DNA of 64,000 nt from Epithemia pelagica. Taxonomy: Eukaryota; Protista; Bacillariophyta. The position numbers and the translations under genes were made by a program. The notes beneath the pieces were generated by a model, which had not been told where the DNA came from, did not search any database, and saw only the letters and a list, made by a program, of their open reading frames with translations. The DNA is taken from the NCBI GenBank assembly GCA_946965045.2, contig OX337232.1:1922001-1986000 (forward strand), in the 5' to 3' direction. Every line of letters begins with the position of its first letter. Position 1 is the first letter of the stretch. This document shows, in pieces, positions 21,701-31,310 of this stretch.

Positions 21701-24480
21701 ACGCTCTCATGAATGCCACTGGTTGCCCTGCCAACACCTGGCTTCTTTGCCTTGAGTATGTCTGTGACTTATTGAACCATACATCATCACCCACCCATTC
21801 CGGTCGCACTCCTCTTGAGGCTCTCTCCGGACGCCCACCCGACATTACTCATCTCTTGTTCTTTCCTTGCTGGGCTGAGGTTTACTACCGTGTCGACCCC
21901 GCTGAACCCAATTCTGGTTCATATCCATCTTCTTCTGATGAGAAACTTGGCCACTGGGTTGGTTTTGCTCACAACGTTGGTGATTCTTTTACTTGGAAGA
22001 TTCTCACCCAGGATAACCAGATAATCTACCGTTCTGCCGTTCGCCGTGTTGAATCCACTACACCTAACCTACGTGTGGATCGACCTTCAGGGGAGGATTC
22101 GTCTGAGAAGGATGACAACGATAAGCAAGCTGACACTGTCTTCATTTGCAGTGATAGTGAAGATCCATCCAAACCAATGCCCACGATCGATTTTGACGAC
22201 ATGATAGGACGCACATTCCTATGCGACACAGAAGAAAATGGGGAGCGACACCGTGCACGTGTCATCAAACGAGTCATTGATCTTAATGAAGAAGCAACGA
22301 AACAAGAAGAACGTGTCAAGTACATCTACCGAAAGACAAATTCTGATGTTGATGAGATGATATCCTATAATCAACTCATGGAGTATATCGAACGAGATAA
22401 CCAAGCTCAAACCTCTGGAGATAATCTTTTCAGGTTCAGGGACGTCATTGCCCATCAAGGCCCACTGAACACAACTGATCCAGATTACAAGGGGAGCAAA
22501 TATAATTTGCTTGTTGATTGGGAAACTGGGGAGACTACCTATGAACCTTTATCACTCATCGCCAATGATGATCCGATCACTGTAGCAATTTATGGAAAGA
22601 AACATGGTTTACTCAACGAACCTGGATGGAAGCATTTGAAACGTTATGTCAAAACAAGCAAACGTCTCATTCGAGCAGCCAAACAGTCAAGGATTAAACA
22701 AGTTCACCATTCCGTCAAGTATAAGTTTGGATTCCAAGTACCACGCAATTATGAGGAAGCTGTCGCTCTTGATAAACAACATGGCAACACAAAGTGGCAG
22801 GATGCAACAGAATTAGAATTGTCACAGATCCAGTCCTACAAGACATTCAAGGATTTTGGGAAAGCCATCTTCATTAAAGGGAAAGTATCCAATGCACCTG
22901 AAGGATATCATAAGATACGTGTACATCTTGTCTTTGACGTAAAACATGATGGACGACATAAAGCAAGACTTGTCGCAGATGGACATCTCACAAAAGAACC
23001 TGTTGAGACAATCTATTCAGGTTTTGTTTCCATTCGCAACCTCCGCATTGCCTTATTCCTGGGTACTTTGAATGACTTGGAAATATGGGGAGCAGATATT
23101 GGAAACGCATATCTTGAAGCCTTGACAGGGGAGAAAATCTTCATTGTCGCAGGACCTGAATTCAAGGAATTAGAAGGTCACATCCTGATTATATACAAGG
23201 CACTTTATGGATTGAAGTCATCAGGCGCACGCTGGCATGATGTCTTATTCAATGTTTTGACAGACATGGGATTTTCACCAAGCAAAGCAGATCCGGATAT
23301 CTGGATGAGGAAAGCACCTGGAGAAGACTGTTACGAATACATTGCCGTATACGTTGATGACTTAGCCATTATTTCTACTGATCCTGGGAATATCTGCAAG
23401 ATCCTGAAGGAGAAATACAACTTCAAACTCAAAGGAGATGGACCTATCGATTTCCACTTGGGATGTTGTTACACCAAGGATTCTGATGGAACATTAGTAG
23501 CAGATCCAAGATGCTACATTGGTAAGATGATGGACACTTTCGAACGAATCTTCAAGGAGAAACCCAAGAAAGCCAAAACACCTCTTATTGGTGGAGACCA
23601 TCCTGAATTGGATGATTCTGAGCTCCTTGATGAAGAAGGTACTAGCCATTTCCAAACTCTGATTGGACAACTCCAATGGGTGATCACTATTGGTCCTTTT
23701 GACGTCTTCACCGCTACAATGACGCTGTCACGCTTTCGTGCTGCTCCGAGGAAAGGACATCTTGATAGAGCCAAGCGTATCTATGGATACCTTGCACATC
23801 TCCCAGAAGGCGCAATCAGATTTAGAATTGGAGAGCCTGATTATTCAAGTCTTCCTACCCAAGAATTTGATTGGACTCGCACTGTCTATTCGAATGCAAG
23901 TGAACGTATTCCTGAAGACTGCCCAACACCTCTTGGCCGCTATGTTACCACAACTCATTATGTTGATGCCAATCTCATGCATGACATAGTCACTGGTAAA
24001 TCCGTCACTGCTGTTCTACATTTGTTGAACGGAACACCTATTGACTGGTACAGCAAGAGACAGAGCACGGTGGAAACTGCTACCTATGGATCTGAGTTTG
24101 TGGCTGCAAGGACAGCAATAGATCAGATTACAGAATTACGACATTCTCTCCGCTACCTTGGAGTACCTATCCGAGAGCGAAGTTACATGTACGGAGATAA
24201 CAGATCTGTTGTGCTCAATGCAACCGTTCCTCATTCCATACTATCCAAGAGACACCATCTTCTGTCATACCACCGAGTTCGTGAAGCCATCGCAGCAAAG
24301 TATGTTGCATTCTACTGGAAAGATGGAAAGACCAACCCTGCCGATATCCTTAGCAAACATTGGGATTTCGTATCTATTTGGCCCATGCTCAAGCCATTGT
24401 TGTTTTGGAAAGGAGAAGTTCAAGACCTCAACAAATCCAATGATGACAAGGCTGAAACAACGAGTTGTGGGGAGTATTAG
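18793..24480 (+). pseudogene. Copia-1 gag-pol with one in-frame TGA at 21454-21456
   Basis: Protease LIDRGANGG, integrase ATDSVFSD/LISDGG/NKAEN, RT HKARLVADG/YVDD, RNase H DANL/GSEFVA/ADILSK. Track ORFs 18793 and 21544 share a frame; Copia-2 has CGT (Arg) at the stop position. Confidence 0.92.
24465..24474 (+). promoter_or_regulatory. Copia-1 polypurine tract TTGTGGGGAG
   Basis: Immediately precedes the 3' LTR; identical 10-mer at 49701-49710. Confidence 0.8.
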
Positions 24481-25258
24481 AATTCTCACCGTCTATGGTG
24501 GTTAGATTCTACATCTCATCGATTCCCCATGTCACATAGCCTCGTGCTATCGCATCATGCCATCTAGCTTCGAGCTATGTTCCCTAGCTTTGCGCTATAT
24601 CGACCTATATTTCTTCGCAAATCATGAAAAGTGAGAATAGATTGACGAACTCACTCTCAAGACTAAACTGGGTGGTGCGGTATTACAACGGACGTAAATT
24701 TGGCCGTTGCTCGGACATTATACTAACGCCCTAAGCGTACGCGCCCGAAATCATCGAGCGCGCCCAAGTGACATCCGAGCGCTGTCGGCATCTATCCGAC
24801 CCAACGGTCTAAGTATCCCAAGCACGACACACGATCACGCGAGACCATATTTCCATTCCCACAATCTCCAAATTGTCAACAAGCTGCGCGCCATGAAAAC
24901 AACTATGCCAACCCAAAGCAAGAGCTGTTGACCCTGTATATGTTATCCGTCCACTTATACATGTCATATACATCACATGAATCGACTCCAACTATTCCAA
25001 ACCTGTTGCCGCCAAGAACCTATGACACATGACCCTTGGCAGGACCGAACATTTCACGTAGACCTATCGTAGTAATCAACACACAATCTAACAATATCAC
25101 CATTTATCACATCCTCTTTTGTGGCCCGACTATCCTTTTGATAGACTACGACTTGCTTTCCTCTCTTACCCGTGGAGAGGTTTGTATCGGTTGGTGACTA
25201 CCTGATTGTCTGCTCTAACGAGCATTGATGTCCCTACGATTCAGAAAGAATTGTAACA
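24475..25258 (+). repeat. Copia-1 3' LTR (begins TA instead of TG)
   Basis: Direct repeat of the 5' LTR, followed by TSD GAGGT. Confidence 0.97.
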
Positions 25259-25831
25259 GAGGTTTCAAACTTCCGGTTCGGACAATGTGACGGTGGCCGA
25301 TGCCATGGAGTTTGTCCAAACGTGCTTTCGGGCACAAAACGACAACAACGACGCTCGAATACTCACAGCCGATACCGTAGCCAAAGCCATGGGTGCCGTG
25401 AAACGTCTCGATCAGATTGTCGAGCAAGTGAAACAAGACACCTAGCAGAGACCATCCGCCTCCTCCCATCGACACATTCGACGAGGATTGTCCGTCGAGA
25501 TTCAACCCTATACACCACCACCCTCGTCAAGGCTATTGATTGATTGTTGCGTATGGTGTTGTTGTTGTTGTCGTTGTCGCCGTCTGATTGCCGCTTTTCC
25601 ATTTCCCGTTCACTGTCGTTCGATAGGACCAGCAGTAGGAGGGTAGAAAGACGAGAAGGCCATAGCCGAGACATGCGTATCACCTTGTTGCATCTATGGT
25701 GCTTGTTGTTGTTGTTCGGGAGGTCGTTGCTTGTTGCTTCCTCGTTGTTGTTGGTTCCATAGTTGTTGGGTCAAAACGATCCGTCTGTTGCGCGACATGG
25801 TTGATTATTGCGTTCGCAGTTTGTAGAGGGG

Positions 25832-25990
25832 TCGAAACCAACTCGAAACCAACTCGAAACCAACTCGAAACCAACTTGGAAACCAACTCGAAACTAGTGG
25901 ACACCAACCCGAAACCAGTGGACACCAACTCGAAACCAGTGGACACCAACTCGAAACCAGACGTTAAAACCGGGACCAACCCGAAACCAA
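25832..25990 (+). repeat. Element A right subterminal array, about 12 units of TCGAAACCAAC type, same orientation as the left array
   Basis: Unit starts at 25832, 25843, 25854, 25865, 25877, 25888, 25898, 25909, 25919, 25930, 25940, 25951. Confidence 0.9.
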
Positions 25991-26421
25991 CACGACTCAA
26001 AACGAGAAAGCTTTAGCGATCGTCATAATACAAGACTCAGATGTGACACAAAAAACGACTAATTAACAATTCGTTTGGTCTTGAACACGTGTCTTTGACC
26101 CGAACCCTATTGTGCATAAAATAAAATAGCTAGCCCTCGCAAAATTAGCGATCAGCCCTAGCTACCCAAAAGGAGTTTAGGTAAAGTCATCCTGGGACAC
26201 CCGCTACTTTGGTAGCGGTATGGACTTTTCCGCTTTCATAGTAGTCTTCCTATTCAGTACAGTGTGATTTCAGCGACTACCTACAATACAATGAGAATTG
26301 TACTTAAGAATTCGATTTCCGTTGATTACAAGTATTTATGAGACTTGATCTTGCATCAAGACCAACATTTATTATGACCATTAATATAGGGTTTCGCCAA
26401 AAAAAGCCTTGACCTGCTGGC

Positions 26422-26591
26422 TCGAAACAATGTCGAAACCACGACACAACGTCGAAACAAAGTCGAAACAAAGTCGAAACAAGGTCGCAACAAAGTCGAA
26501 ACAAGGTCGAAACAACCCGAAACCAACCGAAACAAAGTCGAAACAAAGCCGAAACAAACCAAAACAAACTCGAAACAAAGTCGAAACAAAG
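26422..26591 (+). repeat. Element B left subterminal array, about 16 units of TCGAAACAAAG
   Basis: Mostly 11-bp period (26452, 26463, 26474, 26485, 26496, 26507 ...), ending just before the ORF1 ATG at 26594. Confidence 0.9.
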
Positions 26592-26593
26592 CC

Positions 26594-27171
26594 ATGCCGC
26601 CACGAAGGTCTGAGTGGATTGACTGGCGTCGCAGTGCAGCACGAGCCATCCTTATTCGAGATCTTGAGCCATGGATGCAGTTCCGGCTGACCACTTGTTT
26701 GTGTTCTACAAGAAGCTTCCCGAGTTTGCGAATGTTCCTTTCGATCAATTCAAGGAACGACTGAAGAACCACCGCAAACAATCAAACAACGCGCAGGAAT
26801 TGGTGGACCGTGACCACAAGGCGCACCATGTTGACCGTCACGTCCATCCACGAAAGGACCGGAACTGCTGTGGAGAGCTGGTCTTCGACGTCCATCCAGC
26901 AAAGAAGCTTCTCCGGATGGACGTGGCCAATGGCGTTCACTTGAAATTGACGCCCATGGCACTGAGGAAGACGCGTCCCGCCTATATGGCATTCAAGCTA
27001 GAAATCTTCAAGTTTCGAATCTACCAAGAAGTGAGACGAGTGCGCTACTTCAACTACTTGCGGCTCAAGGAAGAGGAAGCCAAACAGAAGCTCAATCTAC
27101 CTGCTGTCTCTCCAATGGACGAATTGATGCGACGCCGAGAACTTGCAAACCACATCCTAGCCTACAAGTAA
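26594..27171 (+). pseudogene. Element B ORF1, accessory protein with two internal helical repeats, frameshift near 26670
   Basis: ATG 26594 reads MPPRRSEWIDWRRSAARAILIRDLEP and continues in the 26671 frame (YKKLPEFANVPFDQFKERL; HPAKKLLRMDV..TRPAYMAFKLEIFKFRIYQE). Confidence 0.6.
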
Positions 27172-27219
27172 AACATGGTAGAAAACCAATTCTCAACTAC
27201 ATTGAATTTATGGATGAAT

Positions 27220-28143
27220 CTACGGCTCAAATAGGAGACTTGTGCCATTGTCAAGTGCATACTGAACTGTCACAGCGACTGCACGAAATGCTATGCCGTG
27301 TTTCTCGTCCGAATGCCTTTATGTCTGGTTGAGGCATCCAAAAGTAGCCATTTTTCCATTGAAACTTTCATGCCGAAGACGGATCCGGCTCTTGAGGTTA
27401 TTGGCTTGTTTGGAATCTTCATGGGGATTGGGCCAGGATATTTTCCCACTGTACTCCTTCTTAATGTACCCACGATCAGCCACAATCAATTTGCCTGGCT
27501 TGAGTCGTTCCAACACGCCGGACCGTTCGAGCATCTCCAAGTCCCCCATTCCCCCACGCACGGGGCCATATATGTGAACACACCTCGGTCGATGTGCCGC
27601 CAAAACAATTTGGTATTTCAGAGCACCGTGCGCATGCTTGTGAGAGCAGTTCCCACGATCGAACGGAAGCATTTGAGTCTTGTGCTTGCGCTCGAAAACT
27701 TTTTTGTCGACACCATCCACGGACAACACATTCACCTCAGACTCGGGACTGTCAAGAATTCTCGGCCAGAAAATTACCTTCTTCTGGAGAAACGCAATTT
27801 TCCGAATCCACCCCCACAAATGCTCTCCTCTCGCATAGCACTCACACATGTCAAAGCGATCACTGAGCTGCTCACTATTTCTCGTGTAGTTGTAGAGGAA
27901 ATAGTGAGCAACCATGAACATCTTGAATCCTCCTCTTTTGATTTCATTCGTAGATAGTAGTTCCTCGCCATTGTCGTCTGTTGCGTGGCATAGGTCGAAC
28001 CATTGCGCAGCAATCACCAACGGGTGAGACCCGTAGTGCTTCGTAAACTTGAGTCGTCGTCGTTCCAATGTCAATTTGCCCGCATCATCCACATGAAGAA
28101 GCCGTAGGCCCCTTTCGAGGACTTCCGACGGTTGAAGAGACAT
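27220..28143 (-). pseudogene. Element B DDE transposase (PIF/Harbinger/IS5-like), one premature TAA at 27319-27321
   Basis: Motifs SVDG, SHKH..LKYQI, YGP, VADRGY, RLRHESFN. The frame continues past the stop: T*RHSDEKHGIAFRAVAVTVQYALDNG..* to 27220. Confidence 0.88.
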
Positions 28144-28564
28144 TCTTTGATTGTTGAAAATGTGGTGACGAATGCAATGATGGATTCTTGGGGACAAGAA
28201 CTCTATTGGCACTCGGGAAGGTCACTCACTAGTAGGTAGGTTTCTGTCTTCTGTCACAAAAGTGTTCAATAACTCCACGCCTGTCTCACACGGCGGGGGA
28301 CCCCCATGATTAGGACCCGTGGGTAGTAGGAGAGACACATGATGCGCCTGCAGATTCACGAGTTCTCAACTCGTGAGCACAAGCATAGAAGGCTGCGCCT
28401 AAATAGACATCCTATTACATATGCACATGACAATCAAACGATGTTTATTTGTTATCCATTGATGTAGATGCCAAACCAGGATTGGCAATCTCGGTAGGTA
28501 GACGACTCACTCGCTCGATCCCAGGAGATTGTTTTCTCTCCGTTTGCCCATTCGACAAACAAAC

Positions 28565-30007
28565 ATGGAGATCTCACAAGACGAACTTTCGCAAATCAAC
28601 GAAGAGGAAGATTGGGTTGGTGACTCTGTCAACAGTGAGGCCCAAGATCAGCAAGAACAACCGTCGATTGGAACCTTGCAACGAAAGAAGCCGGCGCCAG
28701 GTGGATTGAGTGCTGAGAAAACCAAGACCCTCCTTGAAGCCTTTGAACTGTCCGGCGAGACAAGGGAATCATTCGACCTCTGGGCACTGTGTTCAGCCAA
28801 CCCGACCACATTTGGAGCCGAAGGAACCGTGCTTCGCAGGCAAGTGCAGCAACGTTGGGCAAAGTGCAAGGGCCGCTCAATCAGGGCCTACATTGCATAC
28901 TTGAAAAAGATTGGTGTGACACCCGGTCCCAAAAGCCTCAAAGAGATGAATAAGAAACCAGCCTACCCCGACAAACCAGCCTTCTCCGACAACGCGTCGA
29001 CCGCACCGTCCACCTCTGATGAAGAGATCATCGTTCCCGACGAAGAAGAAGAAGACCCATATGCGATGGTTGGGATTGGAAATCCCTTTGCAAATGACAA
29101 CGTGGACCAGCTTGAAGCAGACTTTGGCCAGGTTTCTCTTGCCAACGACAGGAAGCCTGCTGCAAGGGCCAGCGTCCCATCTCTCCCGGCGGCCCAAAAC
29201 CAAGCAGCTGTGAGGATGTTTCACACTCCACCCCGTCCTGTTGCGCATGCTGGTGGCTTTAACCCTGGCCAACAACAGCATCGCTTCGGACGCCTTTCTC
29301 CTCTTGTTGCCCAGGCCGCCCATACCAACGTGGCACATGCCTTTGTACCCACTGCCTGGTTTGTGAACCAGAATGGTACAGTCAAGAATCCATGGGTGAT
29401 TCCGATCCATGTAGACAAGATGGCCGAGCGACACCGCGAGTTCGATGTCCAGTTCGTCGAAAATATCAACCAAGACGGATTTTTCACTCGCAGCGGTTTT
29501 CACATCCACCGGCCCGTTGCCTGCCCGGATATGAACGACTGGGAAGCGGACATCCCAACGGACGACTACGACGAGATGTGGAGAGGACGACTCATCCGTT
29601 TCAGGGGCCCCGCTCAAGATTTTTGGATTCGTGATACGGAGCGCTACCATACGGGGATTGGCAGGGAGTCGAAGATCAAGTGTGACGCAACTTTCAACGC
29701 ACACAGTGCAACTGAGGTTGCGATTGAAGAGTCCAAAGAACACTGGCGTGCTAGTGCCTACTGGATCATGGTTTTCCCGCCCGGCGTTCAGCTTGAGAAC
29801 AAGATTTTCTCGTTGGACGATAACATCGTGCCAGTCACCAAGAACCCTCTCAAGCTAAAGAAGGACCACCCAGAAAACCTCTTCAACAAAGAAATCCTGG
29901 CCATGACCCTGTTTTGGCGCATTGCTCTCAAGGGAGGCAAAAAGATTGGTGGTAAGCAATCTGAGAAGAAGAAGGAGGCCAAGGCCAAGAGCATGTTTGA
30001 AGACTAA
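28565..30007 (+). CDS. Element B ORF3, 480-aa accessory protein of unknown function
   Basis: Intact ORF divergent from the transposase. Helical N-terminal domain (LLEAFELSG..LWALC..FG..G..LRRQVQQRW..Y..YLKKIGV), disordered linker, beta-rich C-terminal domain, K-rich tail. Confidence 0.75.
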   Translation: MEISQDELSQINEEEDWVGDSVNSEAQDQQEQPSIGTLQRKKPAPGGLSAEKTKTLLEAFELSGETRESFDLWALCSANPTTFGAEGTVLRRQVQQRWAKCKGRSIRAYIAYLKKIGVTPGPKSLKEMNKKPAYPDKPAFSDNASTAPSTSDEEIIVPDEEEEDPYAMVGIGNPFANDNVDQLEADFGQVSLANDRKPAARASVPSLPAAQNQAAVRMFHTPPRPVAHAGGFNPGQQQHRFGRLSPLVAQAAHTNVAHAFVPTAWFVNQNGTVKNPWVIPIHVDKMAERHREFDVQFVENINQDGFFTRSGFHIHRPVACPDMNDWEADIPTDDYDEMWRGRLIRFRGPAQDFWIRDTERYHTGIGRESKIKCDATFNAHSATEVAIEESKEHWRASAYWIMVFPPGVQLENKIFSLDDNIVPVTKNPLKLKKDHPENLFNKEILAMTLFWRIALKGGKKIGGKQSEKKKEAKAKSMFED

Positions 30008-30091
30008 CCAGTACGCCCCTAGTAATTGACTACATAGTAAAAGCGAATTCTTTGTTTGAAATGCACTACTCCTATTAGTTATTCATGTATG

Positions 30092-30550
30092 CTAATGCTG
30101 TCCCTTGAACTTGATGCGACGCCAGCGGGCCTTTTCATTGGGTAAGGCATTCTGTGCAGCAATGGCTCTATTGAGGTATGACAAGAACAGAGTTGCAATT
30201 CGTTTTCCTCCTTCTCCTGATCCTGAGATCTCCTCGAACTCAGCCATTTTCCTTGTGAGCACCACAAACATCTCCATAATGTCTGCATTCTCAAAAAGCA
30301 TTGCCTCCTCCTTGTTTGATGGGAGCTGGACATCAGCCTCCATCACAAAACTTGTGTGTAGAATCCTTGTTGCCTTCAGAACCGTAGGACTTGTTTTCAC
30401 TTGGATGATCACATACGTGTAGAAGCGAGTGCATTCCTTCGCCGTGTCCACCCATGCTCGCAATCCCTTGTAGTCTCCCAGCACAATCTTGATCCTTGCC
30501 CCCTTTCTTTCATTGATGGGTGGAAGATTCGACGATTTCTTCTCCACCAT
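30092..30550 (-). CDS. Element B ORF4, 152 aa, KOW-like N-terminal motif
   Basis: Intact ATG ORF. GARIKIVLGDYKGLRAWV resembles the KOW pattern GxxVxVxxGxYKGxxG. Confidence 0.62.
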   Translation of the reverse strand: MVEKKSSNLPPINERKGARIKIVLGDYKGLRAWVDTAKECTRFYTYVIIQVKTSPTVLKATRILHTSFVMEADVQLPSNKEEAMLFENADIMEMFVVLTRKMAEFEEISGSGEGGKRIATLFLSYLNRAIAAQNALPNEKARWRRIKFKGQH

Positions 30551-30691
30551 ATTTGTCTTGTCTGTTGCTTTGTTTTATGACTGTCCCCGCAGTGAACAAG
30601 AATCTCCCCTCTCACTCGCTCGAGTCGCTCATCGTGCCACCATTAGCGACATTGAGCGACCATGGTTGATTATTGTGTTCGCCATCATGGG

Positions 30692-30850
30692 TCGAAACAA
30701 ACCGAAACAAAGTCGAAACAAAGTCGACACCAGGTCGAAACAAAGTCGAAACAAAGTCGACACCAGGTCGAAACAAAGTCGAAACAAAGTCGAAACCAGC
30801 CGTTAAATACGGGACCAACCCGAAACAAGACATGACACAAACTCGAAACA
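30692..30850 (+). repeat. Element B right subterminal array, 10+ units of TCGAAACAAAG, same orientation as the left array
   Basis: Unit starts at 30692, 30702, 30713, 30724, 30735, 30746, 30757, 30768, 30779, 30790. Confidence 0.9.
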
Positions 30851-31310
30851 TTTAGCGATTATCCCAATCCACGACTCAGTTGCGACATCGAAAAAGAAAT
30901 TGTTAACTTAAATATTTGATTTAAGCACGTGTCGTTACATTACTATAATAAGAGTACAGAAAATAAAGCTAGCTAGCTAAAACAGCGATCAGCCCTAGCT
31001 ACCCAGTTGCCGGAATAGGTAAAATTCTCTACCAAAATGCCGGGTGTCCCTGGGGGAACCAAAATGCCGGGTGTCCCAGTGTTCGTGTCTCCGCTCACTA
31101 TCTCAAGATTGTGAGCTCGACTCTGAGGGCTGGTCTTATCGTGCGTGAAATTTCACACATTTCACCCAAAACCAGCTTCCAAATGTCACAGTTTTTAGGG
31201 TGTGAAAAACTTGGGTCCAATCGATGGCTACGAGTGTGAAATCGATTTCACACAGCCGTAGCCTTCCCCCAAGGGTCATTCATGTGCTTCCAACAACCAA
31301 ACAAATAAGC

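Larger units (their letters stand above)
16873..25258 (+). mobile_element. Copia-1: full-length Ty1/copia (CoDi-like) LTR retrotransposon, 8386 bp
   Basis: 784-bp LTRs at 16873-17656 and 24475-25258 (about 6 differences). 5-bp TSD GAGGT (16868-16872 / 25259-25263). Domain order gag-PR-IN-RT-RH. Confidence 0.97.
26195..31049. mobile_element. Element B: 4855-bp PIF/Harbinger-like element with four ORFs
   Basis: TIR GGACACCCGCTACTTTGGTAG vs reverse complement GGACACCCGGCATTTTGGTAG (18/21). TSD CTG at 26192-26194 and 31050-31052. Encodes a DDE_Tnp_4-type transposase. Confidence 0.9.
15548..31076. mobile_element. Element A: non-autonomous PIF/Harbinger-like element (about 2.28 kb without its nested copia and element B)
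   Basis: TIR GGACACCCGGTACTTTGGT vs reverse complement GGACACCCGGCATTTTGGT (17/19). TSD CAG at 15545-15547 and 31077-31079. Both terminal regions are homologous to element B. Confidence 0.85.

Noticed and set aside
15545-31079. TIRs read as CAGGGACACC/CTGGGACACC with no TSD
   Set aside because: That reading makes A and B interleave. Treating CAG and CTG as TSDs gives proper nesting with matching pairs.
15520-31126. Hairpin in the reconstructed 75-bp empty site (CTCGAG/CTTGAG..CTCAAG/GAGCTC)
   Set aside because: Only about 13 of 20 positions pair by eye, too weak to call a MITE or structured target.
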